A stretch of 32,000 bases of DNA from Candidatus Nanoarchaeia archaeon (GCA_028279745.1 JANQNC010000001.1:90001-122000), one strand, 5' to 3'. Shown: positions 7,913-16,642, numbered from the stretch's first letter. Numbers and translations: made by a program. Notes: generated from the sequence alone by a model not told the origin.

Positions 7913-9236
7913 TTAATTTTCTAACTTTTACTAAGAACCAAGTTAATGCGATAGCTGCAGCAACAATTGCCCCAACTATTATCGCAATAGCAATTGAAAG
8001 ATAGCTATAACCTAAAACTTGAGTGAAAAGATAAGCTAAGGGAATAACTAAAACAAACACTCTGACAAGATTTGCAATCATGCCTGGCAAACCATGACCC
8101 ATGCCTTGTAATGCTCTGCTGCAGATCATAGTTATTGCAAGGAAAGGGAAAGCAAAAATGTGAATTCTGATATAAGCAGATGCTATGTTTAGTAGGGAGG
8201 GGTCTGATGTGAAGATGTAAAAGAAGATTTTAGGAAATATAAGGAAGACAAAGCTCATGAATAAAGCAAAAGATACTGTAAGTTTGATTGCATGTGCAAT
8301 CGTACCTTTAAGAAGATCATATCGTTTAGCACCATAAAACATTCCCGCTAAAGTCATAGAAGCCATCGAGAAAGCAACAATCGGCATAACTGTCACAGAT
8401 TCAAGTCTTGAAACCATGCCTAAAGAAGCAACATAGTCAGTGCCAAAAGAAGCCATGAACTTGTTTATGAAGACTGAGTATATTGACATAAACATCATCA
8501 TAAGGCTTGCAGGAAAACCGACGGCCAAAATCTTCCTAACTTTATCAAAACCAAAATTAAAACTGCTTAATCCCAAATGAAGATAAGATCTCTTTCTAGC
8601 TTTGAAAAAGTATAACAAGAAGGATATGAAGAATGCATTAACTGTAGCAATTGCTGCACCGTTAACACCCCAGCCAAGAACATAAATAAAAATAGGATCT
8701 AAGATAATATTGATACCTAAAGCAACAACCTGGATCTTCATCGGAGTTTTTGTATCTCCCTGAGCAGAAAAAATACTGTTAAGCATAAACGAAAGGAACA
8801 TGAAAACCATGCCTAATAAGATGATCTTCATATAACCCGAAGCTAGTGCAGTAACTGATGTTGCTGCACCAAAAAGTTTGAATAAGCTTGCTAATGAAAA
8901 ATTGCCTATCATGAAAACTATCAAGCCTAAAATAATCGATAAAATTATTCCATGCATAGCTGCATTTTCAGCAGCTTTCTTTTGTTTAGCACCCAAATAT
9001 CTGGAAATTAAAGAACCAGTTCCAGTCCCCAAACCTAAATTTAATGCGATTATGAAAAAGAAAATTGGAAATGAAAAAGTTAATGCTGCAATCGCATCGC
9101 TCCCTAGTCTTCCTACGAAAGCGGTGTCAACAATACTATATGTTGATTGAACAAGCATAGAAACAAGAACTGGCGCAGCTAAAGTAAACAAAGCCTTCTT
9201 TGGATTTTTTATAAATTTGTCTACCTTGTTTTTCAT
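7884..9236 (-). CDS. MATE-family multidrug/oligosaccharidyl-lipid efflux transporter
   Basis: A 450-aa protein with about 12 TM segments. The N-terminus is typical of MATE (LFTLAAPVLVSMLVQSTYSIVDTAFVGRLGSDAIAAL), and the second half has the internal-repeat character of the family. Confidence 0.8.
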   Translation of the reverse strand: MKNKVDKFIKNPKKALFTLAAPVLVSMLVQSTYSIVDTAFVGRLGSDAIAALTFSFPIFFFIIALNLGLGTGTGSLISRYLGAKQKKAAENAAMHGIILSIILGLIVFMIGNFSLASLFKLFGAATSVTALASGYMKIILLGMVFMFLSFMLNSIFSAQGDTKTPMKIQVVALGINIILDPIFIYVLGWGVNGAAIATVNAFFISFLLYFFKARKRSYLHLGLSSFNFGFDKVRKILAVGFPASLMMMFMSIYSVFINKFMASFGTDYVASLGMVSRLESVTVMPIVAFSMASMTLAGMFYGAKRYDLLKGTIAHAIKLTVSFALFMSFVFLIFPKIFFYIFTSDPSLLNIASAYIRIHIFAFPFLAITMICSRALQGMGHGLPGMIANLVRVFVLVIPLAYLFTQVLGYSYLSIAIAIIVGAIVAAAIALTWFLVKVRKLNGKKNEKKA

Positions 9237-9275
9237 TTTATAAGAAGTTGAGCAAACTAAAAAAAAATAAAAGAT

Positions 9276-9494
9276 TTATTTAGCAGCTAACTTAATGTCA
9301 GCAGCGTGGATTGTTTTTCTGCCTGAGTGTTTTGCAATTCGGTTAGCTTCATCCGCGATATCTTTACCAATGTCTTCAAGAACATCTGCAAAAGTTACTA
9401 ATGCCTCTTCACTAACTCTTTTAGCGCCGTGGTTAACTAGCATTCTACCAAGAGCTGCCTTTGGAATAATGTTTTTTCTTTTTGTACCTGCCAT
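9276..9494 (-). CDS. archaeal histone (HMf/HMt family histone fold) with a short basic N-terminal extension
   Basis: It aligns by eye to HMfB. IPKAALGRMLVNHGAKRVSEEALVTFADVLEDIGKDIADEANRIAKHSGRKTIHAADIKLA matches (P)IAPIGRIIKDAGAERVSDDA...HAGRKTI.AEDI.LA. It has an extra MAGTKRKN at the N-terminus. Confidence 0.85.
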   Translation of the reverse strand: MAGTKRKNIIPKAALGRMLVNHGAKRVSEEALVTFADVLEDIGKDIADEANRIAKHSGRKTIHAADIKLAAK

Positions 9495-9535
9495 TGTAAT
9501 AATATTATATTGATGATAGTTTATAAACGTTTTGA

Positions 9536-9667
9536 TTATTCTTGTTTATCAAACACTTTCTTGAAAACAATAGAAACAATAAAGAAAACGGAGGCTGCTA
9601 TAACTAACATAACAATCCCAGAAGTTAAATCATTTGGCTTTGCATTTCCAATAAGGGTTTGATTCAT
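9536..9667 (-). CDS. possible single-pass membrane micro-protein, 43 aa
   Basis: My own translation is MNQTLIGNAKPNDLTSGIVMLVIAASVFFIVSIVFKKVFDKQE*. On the minus strand a TATA-like ATTTTTAAATATT lies about 25 nt upstream of the ATG. The ORF is below the ORF-track cutoff. Confidence 0.35.
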   Translation of the reverse strand: MNQTLIGNAKPNDLTSGIVMLVIAASVFFIVSIVFKKVFDKQE

Positions 9668-9743
9668 ATTCTTTTCAGTGATTCCAATATTTAAAAATTT
9701 ATTGTATATATTAGAAATGTTTAAAAACTAAGTTCTGATTGCT

Positions 9744-10280
9744 ATGCATATGAATCAAAAACACATAGGTGTGATATTGATAATAGTTGGGGTGGTCATG
9801 GCAGGTTTTGTATTAGTGGTTAAAACCAACGAAGACCAAAACATAAGACTATTGGTAAATGAGCAAGGATCTTGTTTTCTAGATGATGGAACTTGTTTAC
9901 ATGATGACCGAGACTATACGATGTACCTCTTTGGGTGGGCGCTATCAATTGCACTAATCATATTCGGAGTTTACATTTCAGTATTTGATAAAACACAAGA
10001 AGTGTTAGCAGAACATCAAGTGAAAGTAAGTTCGGCATTAAAAGAAGCAAAACAAAAAGATGAATTTCATGCATTCTTATCTGGATTCACAGATGAAGAG
10101 AAATCTATCTTGAAAGCAGTAAAGGAACAAGATGGAATAAAACAAAGTACTTTGAGATATAAAACAGGAATATCAAAATCAACATTATCGCTGATTCTAA
10201 AAGAGTTGGAAGAAAAAGATATAATCAAACGAAAACCAGCTGGAAAGACAAATGAAGTCTATTTGAGGAAGAAGTTCTGA
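9744..10280 (+). CDS. membrane-tethered winged-helix (MarR-like) transcription regulator
   Basis: There are two TM helices, IGVILIIVGVVMAGFVLVV and LFGWALSIALIIFGVYISVF. They flank an about 30-aa loop containing CFLDDGTCLHDD. The C-terminal wHTH is ILKAVKEQDGIKQSTLRYKTGISKSTLSLILKELEEKDIIKRK. Confidence 0.65.
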   Translation: MHMNQKHIGVILIIVGVVMAGFVLVVKTNEDQNIRLLVNEQGSCFLDDGTCLHDDRDYTMYLFGWALSIALIIFGVYISVFDKTQEVLAEHQVKVSSALKEAKQKDEFHAFLSGFTDEEKSILKAVKEQDGIKQSTLRYKTGISKSTLSLILKELEEKDIIKRKPAGKTNEVYLRKKF

Positions 10281-10317
10281 CTGTAAAAAAAGTTCAGGTT
10301 TTTGTCTGGCGTAGAAT

Positions 10318-10824
10318 TTATTTATTTCTTAGTTTCTTTAAAACTAGGTATGTGATAAGATCTAGTATTAGTCCAAACAGCAGTATGGGGAGTATCCATA
10401 AGAGAAATATTTTACCAAAAATTAAAAAACACCATGTCAAAGAAGGTTCCCCTGACCCTATTCCAATACTACAGCTCCAACCACTACTAAAACTAATGCT
10501 AAAGAATGACACAAGCAAGAATAATAAAAACATTGAAAGAACAACAATAGTTGAAGTAAACTTCTTGATATATTTTGGTTTATTCCTTACTAAATATCTG
10601 ACCAAATCTATTGACAATCCCAATACTAGTGCAGGAATCACACCTAAAAGAAATAATGACCCAAAAATTAAAAAGCAGTTCCCTAAAGAATATCCGCCAA
10701 GACCTACCAGAAGAGTACAACTCCAATTATTACTAAAACTATCAAACAAAAACCATGACAGCCACACTAAGAAAAACATTGAAAAAACGATTATGGTTGA
10801 AATGAAATTATTAACAATCTTCAT
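10318..10824 (-). CDS. integral membrane protein built from two tandem ~80-aa repeats
   Basis: Residues about 6-87 and 88-168 align end to end: F(I/T)STI(I/V)V(F/L)SMF(F/L)L...WSC...(N/W)CFLIFG..FLL...P.L..GL..DL..YLV. A TATA-like box lies 20-30 nt upstream of the ATG on the minus strand. Confidence 0.6.
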   Translation of the reverse strand: MKIVNNFISTIIVFSMFFLVWLSWFLFDSFSNNWSCTLLVGLGGYSLGNCFLIFGSLFLLGVIPALVLGLSIDLVRYLVRNKPKYIKKFTSTIVVLSMFLLFLLVSFFSISFSSGWSCSIGIGSGEPSLTWCFLIFGKIFLLWILPILLFGLILDLITYLVLKKLRNK

Positions 10825-10991
10825 GATAATAACCTAATCTAGTTTTTATATAAATTAGTTTCGGTTAAAGAATAATAAACTGATGATGATTTACTTTGAA
10901 TAAATTATGTATCAAAAACCAATCATAAACGGTCTGGGACAATAATTCAGGCAATAGAAACGTTTTAGGGTAAGTTTTTTGGAGGGAAGGT

Positions 10992-11001
10992 ATTTATAAA
11001 A
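10992..11001 (+). promoter_or_regulatory. TATA-like box of the cop/dsb operon
   Basis: ATTTATAAAA is preceded by a purine-rich GGAGGGAAGG (BRE-like). It lies 33-42 nt upstream of the ATG at 11034, and the SD GAGGTGA is at 11021-11027. Confidence 0.35.
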
Positions 11002-11033
11002 GCTTGATCTAAAAAAAGTAGAGGTGAGGGTCA

Positions 11034-11237
11034 ATGAAAAAAGCAATTAAAGTAAAAGGTATGCACTGTCAAAGTTGCGAAGTTCTAATCAAAGATAGTC
11101 TAGAAGAGGTAGATGGTGTTAAGAGTGCAGAGCTGGATCATGAAAAAAATATTGCAACTGTTGAATATGATGAAACTAAAGTTGATGAAAATAAGATAAA
11201 AAAAGTAATCAAAGATGAGGGTTACGAAGTAGAATGA
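11034..11237 (+). CDS. copZ: heavy-metal-associated (HMA) domain copper chaperone, CopZ-like
   Basis: A 67-aa protein with the motif GMHCQSC and a ferredoxin-like HMA layout. Its stop overlaps the next start in ATGA. Confidence 0.75.
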   Translation: MKKAIKVKGMHCQSCEVLIKDSLEEVDGVKSAELDHEKNIATVEYDETKVDENKIKKVIKDEGYEVE

Positions 11238-12676
11238 GAGTAGACTTTATAGCAGAAGGAACAACTTGTGAAAGTTGCGAAGAGATAATAAAAAGACAGG
11301 CAAAAAAAGTTAAAGGTGTAGAAAAAGTAACTTTTAACTATGAAACCGAAGAGGGTCATGTAACTTTTGACCCAAACAAAACAGACATAGACACAATACT
11401 ATACAAGATAGAAGAAAAAGGTTATACTTGTTACATATTAGACAATAAAAAGAAGGGCAACAAAGCGATAGCCTGGATATTTGGGATATTGGGTTTGTTG
11501 GTAGTTGGATATTTTATACTTAAGTTTGCAGAGGGAATAGCTTTACCTGAGATAACTCAAAACATGGGATATGGGCTATTGTTTGTTGTAGGATTATTGA
11601 CAGGATTCCATTGTGTGAGCATGTGCGGAGGATTTGTAGTAAGCTATACTGCAAAGAACGCAGAAGAAGGGAGAAAATCACACATCTCCCATCTGATGTA
11701 TGGATTAGGAAAAACAGTTTCATACACTGTGATCGGTGCTGCATTTGGACTATTGGGTTCAATAATAATATTCACGCCTATAATGAGAGGGATTGCAGGA
11801 ATACTGGCAGGACTATTCTTAATAATCTTCGGGTTAAACATGCTAAACTTGGTTCCTTGGTTAAGAAAGATACGGCTGAGAACACCAAAAGCAATATCAA
11901 AATTTGTAGGAAAAAAAACAAGAAAAAATTCGAGTCCTCTGGTTATAGGGTTATTGAATGGTCTAATGATAGCATGCGGTCCATTGCAAGCCATATACAT
12001 ACTGGCAGCGGGAACAGGAAGTATGATAGAAGGAGCGAAAATATTATTCATATTCGCACTAGGCACTTTACCCGTAATGTTGGGATTTGGATACTTCACT
12101 TCATTTATATCACAAAAAGCAACACACAAAATACTAAAAGCATCAGGAGCAATAGTCATACTTTTGGGATTGGTGATGCTAAACAGAGGGTTAGCATTAA
12201 CAGGAACTGGATTTGATGTTCAATCAATAGTAACTGGAAATAGTGAAGAGTTAGTCAAAACTGGTTTGACGATGGAAGCAGGATATCAAGTAATTGAGAT
12301 GGACGTAACAAGATATGGTTGGGAACCAGACAAATTTGTCCTAAAAAAAGATGTGCCTGTCAAATGGGTAATAAACGGAAAAGAGATTACTGGCTGTAAT
12401 AATGCGATACAAGTGCCAAAATTAGGACTTGACTTTGACATAACAAAAGGAAAACAAACGATAGAATTTATACCAACAGAAGAAGGAACAATAAGCTGGA
12501 GCTGTTGGATGGGAATGATCCCTGGCTCATTTGTAGTAAAAGAAGATGTAGATTTAAATAATGCAGAGGCAATCCAAGAAGAAATAAACAATATCCAAGA
12601 GCAACCAAGAGGATCTTGCGGTGGAGGCTGCGGAGGCGGATGCGGTGGCGGTTGTGGTGGAGGCTGCGGAACATGA
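11234..12676 (+). CDS. fusion protein: HMA domain, DsbD_2/TauE-like transmembrane domain, cupredoxin-like domain and a C-terminal (CGGG)n tail
   Basis: The N-terminal HMA domain has GTTCESC. The TM core has the HCVSMCGG motif typical of the DsbD_2 family. The extracytoplasmic cupredoxin-like domain shows [31 protein letters not shown]...[16 protein letters not shown]. The tail is [21 protein letters not shown]. Confidence 0.7.
   Translation: MRVDFIAEGTTCESCEEIIKRQAKKVKGVEKVTFNYETEEGHVTFDPNKTDIDTILYKIEEKGYTCYILDNKKKGNKAIAWIFGILGLLVVGYFILKFAEGIALPEITQNMGYGLLFVVGLLTGFHCVSMCGGFVVSYTAKNAEEGRKSHISHLMYGLGKTVSYTVIGAAFGLLGSIIIFTPIMRGIAGILAGLFLIIFGLNMLNLVPWLRKIRLRTPKAISKFVGKKTRKNSSPLVIGLLNGLMIACGPLQAIYILAAGTGSMIEGAKILFIFALGTLPVMLGFGYFTSFISQKATHKILKASGAIVILLGLVMLNRGLALTGTGFDVQSIVTGNSEELVKTGLTMEAGYQVIEMDVTRYGWEPDKFVLKKDVPVKWVINGKEITGCNNAIQVPKLGLDFDITKGKQTIEFIPTEEGTISWSCWMGMIPGSFVVKEDVDLNNAEAIQEEINNIQEQPRGSCGGGCGGGCGGGCGGGCGT
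12617..12670 (+). repeat. 4.5 copies of a 12-nt coding repeat (TGY GGN GGN GGN) encoding (CGGG)n
   Basis: The sequence reads tgcggtggaggc tgcggaggcgga tgcggtggcggt tgtggtggaggc tgcgga. This is a GC-rich island in an AT-rich genome. The copies differ mainly at synonymous positions. Confidence 0.9.
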
Positions 12677-14835
12677 AAAAAACAATACTGGATGTAAAAG
12701 GTATGCATTGTGCCAGTTGTTCTACAGTAATAAATAGAGCGCTAGACAAAACAGAAGGTGTGACAAAGGCAAATGTTAATTTAACAACCCACAAAGCAAC
12801 AGTTGAATATGATCATAACAAAATAGATACAAAAGGACTGATAAACGTAATAAAAAATAAGGGATATGAAGCGTCAGAATCTTCTAATGTAATGGATCAT
12901 GATCATGAACATACAAGTCTAAGAAAAAATTTTTACATCAGCTTGATATTCTCAATCCCTGTATTCATACTGGGAATGTTCTTCATGAAAAACCCAATAC
13001 CCTTCCAAGATTATATTATGTGGGTGTTAGCAACACCCGTACAGTTCTTTATTGCCGGATCAATGTATAAAAGCGCATTTAATGCACTAAAAGGGAAGAC
13101 AGCAAACATGGACACGCTGGTAGTGATGGGGACATCCGCTGCGTATTTTTACAGCGTGTTTGCAGTTCTAACTGGATTAGGATATGTTTACTTTGAAGCA
13201 AGCGCAGTACTTATAACGATAGTCATATTCGGAAGAATGCTAGAAGCAAAAGCAAGAGGAAAAACATCAGAAGCGATAGGGAAATTGATAGGATTAAAAC
13301 CAAAAACCGCAACTGTTGTAAGAAAAGGAAAAGAAATCAAGATAAAAATTGATGACGTAAAAGTAGGAGACATAATAATAGTAAAACCGGGAGAAAAAAT
13401 ACCTGTAGACGGAAAAATAATCGAAGGAAACTCGTCAATAGACGAATCAATGGTTACAGGAGAATCAATACCTATAGAAAAGAAAAAAAATGATTTGGTG
13501 ATTGGTGCAACAATAAACAAACACGGAACCTTCAAGTTTAAAGCAACAAAAGTAGGAGCAAACACAACATTAGCACAAATAATCAAACTAGTAGAAGATG
13601 CACAGGGAAACAAAGCACCAATACAAAGATTTGCAGACACAGTCTCAATGTATTTTGTGCCTGCAGTCTTGGCTATTGCGATAACAACCTTTATCGTTTG
13701 GTACGTTGTAGTTGGGTCAGCATTTGATTTTGCGTTGATAGCAAGCGTGGCAGTATTAGTTATAGCTTGTCCGTGCGCATTAGGCTTGGCAACACCAACA
13801 GCAATAATGGTGGGTACAGGAAAAGGCGCAAACAAAGGAATACTGATCAAAGGCGGAGAAGCATTAGAAACAGCACATAAGATAAAAAGTGTTGTGTTAG
13901 ATAAAACAGGTACAGTAACGAAAGGTCAGCCAGAAGTGACTGACTTGGTTAATGTTGGGAAGACAACAAAAAAACAGTTACTAACTATTGCAGGAAGCAT
14001 AGAAAAAGGATCAGAACATTCATTAGCAGAAGCAATAGTTGCTAAAGCAAAAAAAGAGAAAATCAAATTTAAAAAAGTAAAAGCATTCAAAGCAATACCT
14101 GGAAAAGGGATAAGCGCATCAATAGGAACAAAAAAGTATCGGTTTGGGAATGCAAAGCTGATGAAAGAGAATAAAGTGAATATTTCTAAACATAGAAATG
14201 TGATTCAAAAAATGGAAAATGAAGGTAAAACTGTGATGGTGCTGGCTGAGAATAAAAGAATAATTGGATTAATTGGTGTAATGGACACAATAAAAGAAAC
14301 ATCCCCTCTTGCCGTAAAAGAGTTACAGAAGATGAAAATAAAAGTATACCTGATAACAGGAGATAACGAAAGAACTGCAAAAGCGATAGCAAAACAAGCA
14401 GGAATAAATCATGTCTTTGCAGAAGTATTGCCGAAAGACAAAGCGAACTATGTGAAAAAATTACAGAAAGAAGGAAAAGTGGCGATGGTGGGAGATGGGA
14501 TAAATGATGCTCCTGCTTTAGCCCAAGCAGACATAGGAATAGCGATGGGCAGTGGAACCGATGTTGCGATGGAAACAGGAGATATTGTGCTGATGAAAGA
14601 TGATCTTGCAGATGTAGTTAAGTCATTAAGGTTAAGCAAGATGACAATGTCAAAAATAAGACAAAACATGTTCTGGGCTTTATTTTATAACACATTAGGA
14701 ATACCTGTAGCAGCGGGGTTATTGTACCCAGTTACGGGTTGGTTGCTAAACCCAATGCTTGCAGGGGCTGCGATGGGGTTAAGTTCCGTAAGTGTAGTAT
14801 CAAACTCGCTATTATTGAAACTGAAAAGATTATAG
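12673..14835 (+). CDS. copA: Cu(I)/Ag(I)-translocating P1B-1-type ATPase CopA
   Basis: Motifs present are HMA GMHCASC, TM6 CPC ([11 protein letters not shown]), [19 protein letters not shown]7 YN (FYNTLGIP) and TM8 MGLSS. I place the start at the ATG at 12673 ([13 protein letters not shown]), which overlaps the upstream stop in ATGA. The ORF-track extension from 12616 (RWRLRRR...) is the repeat read out of frame. Confidence 0.9.
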   Translation: MKKTILDVKGMHCASCSTVINRALDKTEGVTKANVNLTTHKATVEYDHNKIDTKGLINVIKNKGYEASESSNVMDHDHEHTSLRKNFYISLIFSIPVFILGMFFMKNPIPFQDYIMWVLATPVQFFIAGSMYKSAFNALKGKTANMDTLVVMGTSAAYFYSVFAVLTGLGYVYFEASAVLITIVIFGRMLEAKARGKTSEAIGKLIGLKPKTATVVRKGKEIKIKIDDVKVGDIIIVKPGEKIPVDGKIIEGNSSIDESMVTGESIPIEKKKNDLVIGATINKHGTFKFKATKVGANTTLAQIIKLVEDAQGNKAPIQRFADTVSMYFVPAVLAIAITTFIVWYVVVGSAFDFALIASVAVLVIACPCALGLATPTAIMVGTGKGANKGILIKGGEALETAHKIKSVVLDKTGTVTKGQPEVTDLVNVGKTTKKQLLTIAGSIEKGSEHSLAEAIVAKAKKEKIKFKKVKAFKAIPGKGISASIGTKKYRFGNAKLMKENKVNISKHRNVIQKMENEGKTVMVLAENKRIIGLIGVMDTIKETSPLAVKELQKMKIKVYLITGDNERTAKAIAKQAGINHVFAEVLPKDKANYVKKLQKEGKVAMVGDGINDAPALAQADIGIAMGSGTDVAMETGDIVLMKDDLADVVKSLRLSKMTMSKIRQNMFWALFYNTLGIPVAAGLLYPVTGWLLNPMLAGAAMGLSSVSVVSNSLLLKLKRL

Positions 14836-14900
14836 TCATAAACATAAAAGATTTAAATGAAGATAAAAAAAAGAGTTATCTAAATGGAGGTAAAAATAAG

Positions 14901-15737
14901 ATGGCAGAAGAAAAGAAACAAGATCATGTAAAACATGAAACTAATGTAAAAAGTGAAAAACATGAACCCAGTGTAAAAAGTGAACATCATGTTAAACATG
15001 AAGCTCATGTAAAGAAACAAGAAAAAAAGACATGTGATCATGGTTGGTTAATAGCAACAAAAGTGGTTACGTTAGTTCTACTAGTAATACTAGTATTTCA
15101 GGTAGGATCAATAAACAGCAAACTGGATGGTTTAGCTGGGTTGGAGGTTGAAGAAAAAGATGAAGATCAACCAACGCAACCAAAAGCAGATGATAAACCT
15201 GCAGTTGAGTTAGATATGGAAGAATTGATAGATGATGACACTGTGAAAGGAGATGCAGATGCACCAGTGACAATAGTTGAATGGAGTGATTTTGAATGTC
15301 CGTTCTGCGCAAGATTCTATAGGGACACAATGGGGCAGATACAAGAGGAATACATTGACACAGGAAAAGTGAAGATGGTATTCAGAGACTTCCCGCTAAG
15401 TTTCCATCAACAAGCACAAAAAGCAGGAGAAGCAGCAGAGTGTGCAGGTGAGCAAGATAAGTTCTGGGAAATGCACGACATACTATTTGAAGAAGGTGTA
15501 AAAGGAGGAGTGGACTCATTCAAACAATTTGCAGCAGACTTAGGGGTAGATACTGCAGAATTTGATGAATGTTTAGATTCAGATGCAATGGCTGAAGAAG
15601 TCAAGAAAGATATGGCTGATGGAGTAAAAGCAGGAATAACGGGAACACCGGGCTTCATAATAAACGGACAGAAAATATCTGGAGCGCAACCATTTGCAAA
15701 CTTCAAAGCAGTGATCGATGCGGAGTTAGCAGAATGA
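14901..15737 (+). CDS. membrane-anchored DsbA-family thiol:disulfide oxidoreductase with a His/Lys-rich repeat at the N-terminus
   Basis: The ATG at 14901 follows GGAGG (14886-14890). The layout is an N-terminal HVKHE/NVKSE repeat, a TM helix (LIATKVVTLVLLVILVFQV), an acidic linker and a DsbA-like domain. That domain has the active site CPFC (WSDFECPFCARF) and GTPGFIINGQ. Confidence 0.75.
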   Translation: MAEEKKQDHVKHETNVKSEKHEPSVKSEHHVKHEAHVKKQEKKTCDHGWLIATKVVTLVLLVILVFQVGSINSKLDGLAGLEVEEKDEDQPTQPKADDKPAVELDMEELIDDDTVKGDADAPVTIVEWSDFECPFCARFYRDTMGQIQEEYIDTGKVKMVFRDFPLSFHQQAQKAGEAAECAGEQDKFWEMHDILFEEGVKGGVDSFKQFAADLGVDTAEFDECLDSDAMAEEVKKDMADGVKAGITGTPGFIINGQKISGAQPFANFKAVIDAELAE

Positions 15738-16075
15738 AAAAATTATTTTTTTTATTTTTTTTATCTTCTTTTTTATTAACTGGCTGTGCACTTTTTCCTG
15801 AAGAAGAAGGAGAATTTGATGAATTTGCAAAATGTTTGAATTCAACAGGCGCAAAAATGTATGGTACAGAATGGTGTGGGCATTGTAAAGACCAAAAAGA
15901 AAGATTTGGGATTTCATTCCAACATGTGGATTACATAGACTGTGATAAAACTAAACAAGTGTGCACGTCAGCAGGAATAAAAGGATATCCAACTTGGATA
16001 ATAGATGGAGAAGCTTATCCTGGAGCAAGACAGCTATCTGAGTTAGCAGAGTTGTCTGGATGCGAGCTTGAATAA
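15734..16075 (+). CDS. thioredoxin-fold lipoprotein (resembles the Trx-like domain fused to VKOR proteins)
   Basis: It has a signal peptide with a lipobox-like LLTGC, a WCGHC active site, and GIKGYPTWIIDGE. Its ATGA start overlaps the upstream gene. Confidence 0.65.
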   Translation: MKKLFFLFFLSSFLLTGCALFPEEEGEFDEFAKCLNSTGAKMYGTEWCGHCKDQKERFGISFQHVDYIDCDKTKQVCTSAGIKGYPTWIIDGEAYPGARQLSELAELSGCELE

Positions 16076-16344
16076 TGAAGAAAGAAAAACCTTTTTTTAT
16101 TTTTGGAATTATATCAACGGTATTTGGTGCATTAGGGGGTGTGGTGGCAGGATTAGGATTATGTCCTTGTGTACTGGCACCAGTTGTTTCATTAATGGGT
16201 GTTGTGATACTGTTGTTTACATTTTTAGTGAGTAATAAGGTTTATTTTGTTATGATTGGTGTTTCATTATTGATTATAAGTTATTTATTACATAGAAAGA
16301 AAACATGTCATATTCATACGAAAAAGTTAAAAAGACACAAATGA
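16075..16344 (+). CDS. small membrane protein with an intramembrane CPC motif and a basic CHIH tail
   Basis: An 89-aa protein with 2-3 TM helices, GLGLCPCVLAP inside TM1, and C-terminal KKTCHIHTKKLKRHK. Its start overlaps the upstream stop (TAATG). Confidence 0.5.
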   Translation: MKKEKPFFIFGIISTVFGALGGVVAGLGLCPCVLAPVVSLMGVVILLFTFLVSNKVYFVMIGVSLLIISYLLHRKKTCHIHTKKLKRHK

Positions 16345-16368
16345 GAAAGTATAGAAAGAGGTGAAATA

Positions 16369-16632
16369 ATGAAACTAAAACCAATCGGATTCGGATTCTT
16401 ATTCTTAGTATTGTCAGTTTTGTTAATAGCATACGCATTAACAAGGCCTTGTGAAGTAGGACCAATAACACAGACACAAGGAAATGTAACAATAGAAGTT
16501 AACCAACCAATAGAGATGAACAGGATGGTCTGTTTGAGTACTGATTTTACAGCATTCTTTGCAATACTTGCAGGATCTGCAGCAATCTTCCCAGCAGTAA
16601 GTGGAATCTTTAAAGGATTAACAGAAGATTAA
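16369..16632 (+). CDS. small membrane protein, 87 aa (N- and C-terminal TM helices)
   Basis: The SD AGAGGTGA lies upstream of the ATG. There are hydrophobic N- and C-terminal segments and two Cys in the intervening loop. It is the last gene of the operon. Confidence 0.45.
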   Translation: MKLKPIGFGFLFLVLSVLLIAYALTRPCEVGPITQTQGNVTIEVNQPIEMNRMVCLSTDFTAFFAILAGSAAIFPAVSGIFKGLTED

Positions 16633-16642
16633 AAGTTAAAAG

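Noticed and set aside
10352-10837. 161-aa + strand ORF
   Set aside because: It is antisense to the duplicated membrane protein. The K/N/P-rich translation mirrors the hydrophobic codons on the other strand, and the minus-strand product has clear TM and repeat structure.
10876-10940. Possible second C/D-box sRNA (CTGATGATGA at ~10879-10888)
   Set aside because: A C-box-like UGAUGA is present. There is no CUGA at the expected 12-13-nt distance, no C'/D pair and no closing stem on either strand.
11611-12216. 201-aa (+) ORF here and a 171-aa (-) ORF at 11644-12159, both inside the HMA-DsbD-like fusion gene
   Set aside because: These are alternative-frame and antisense shadows of a CDS whose own frame carries clear HMA, HCxxMCG and cupredoxin motifs.
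12286-12708. Minus-strand ORF encoding [18 protein letters not shown], and the [18 protein letters not shown]-terminal extension of the copA ORF (from 12616)
   Set aside because: Both are the GGN/TGC 12-nt repeat read antisense or out of frame. The in-frame reading as a (CGGG)n tail, with copA starting at 12673, is far more coherent.
13188-13850. 220-aa minus-strand ORF
   Set aside because: It is antisense to copA across the region encoding the actuator domain, the CPC helix and the start of the DKTGT region, so it is a shadow ORF.
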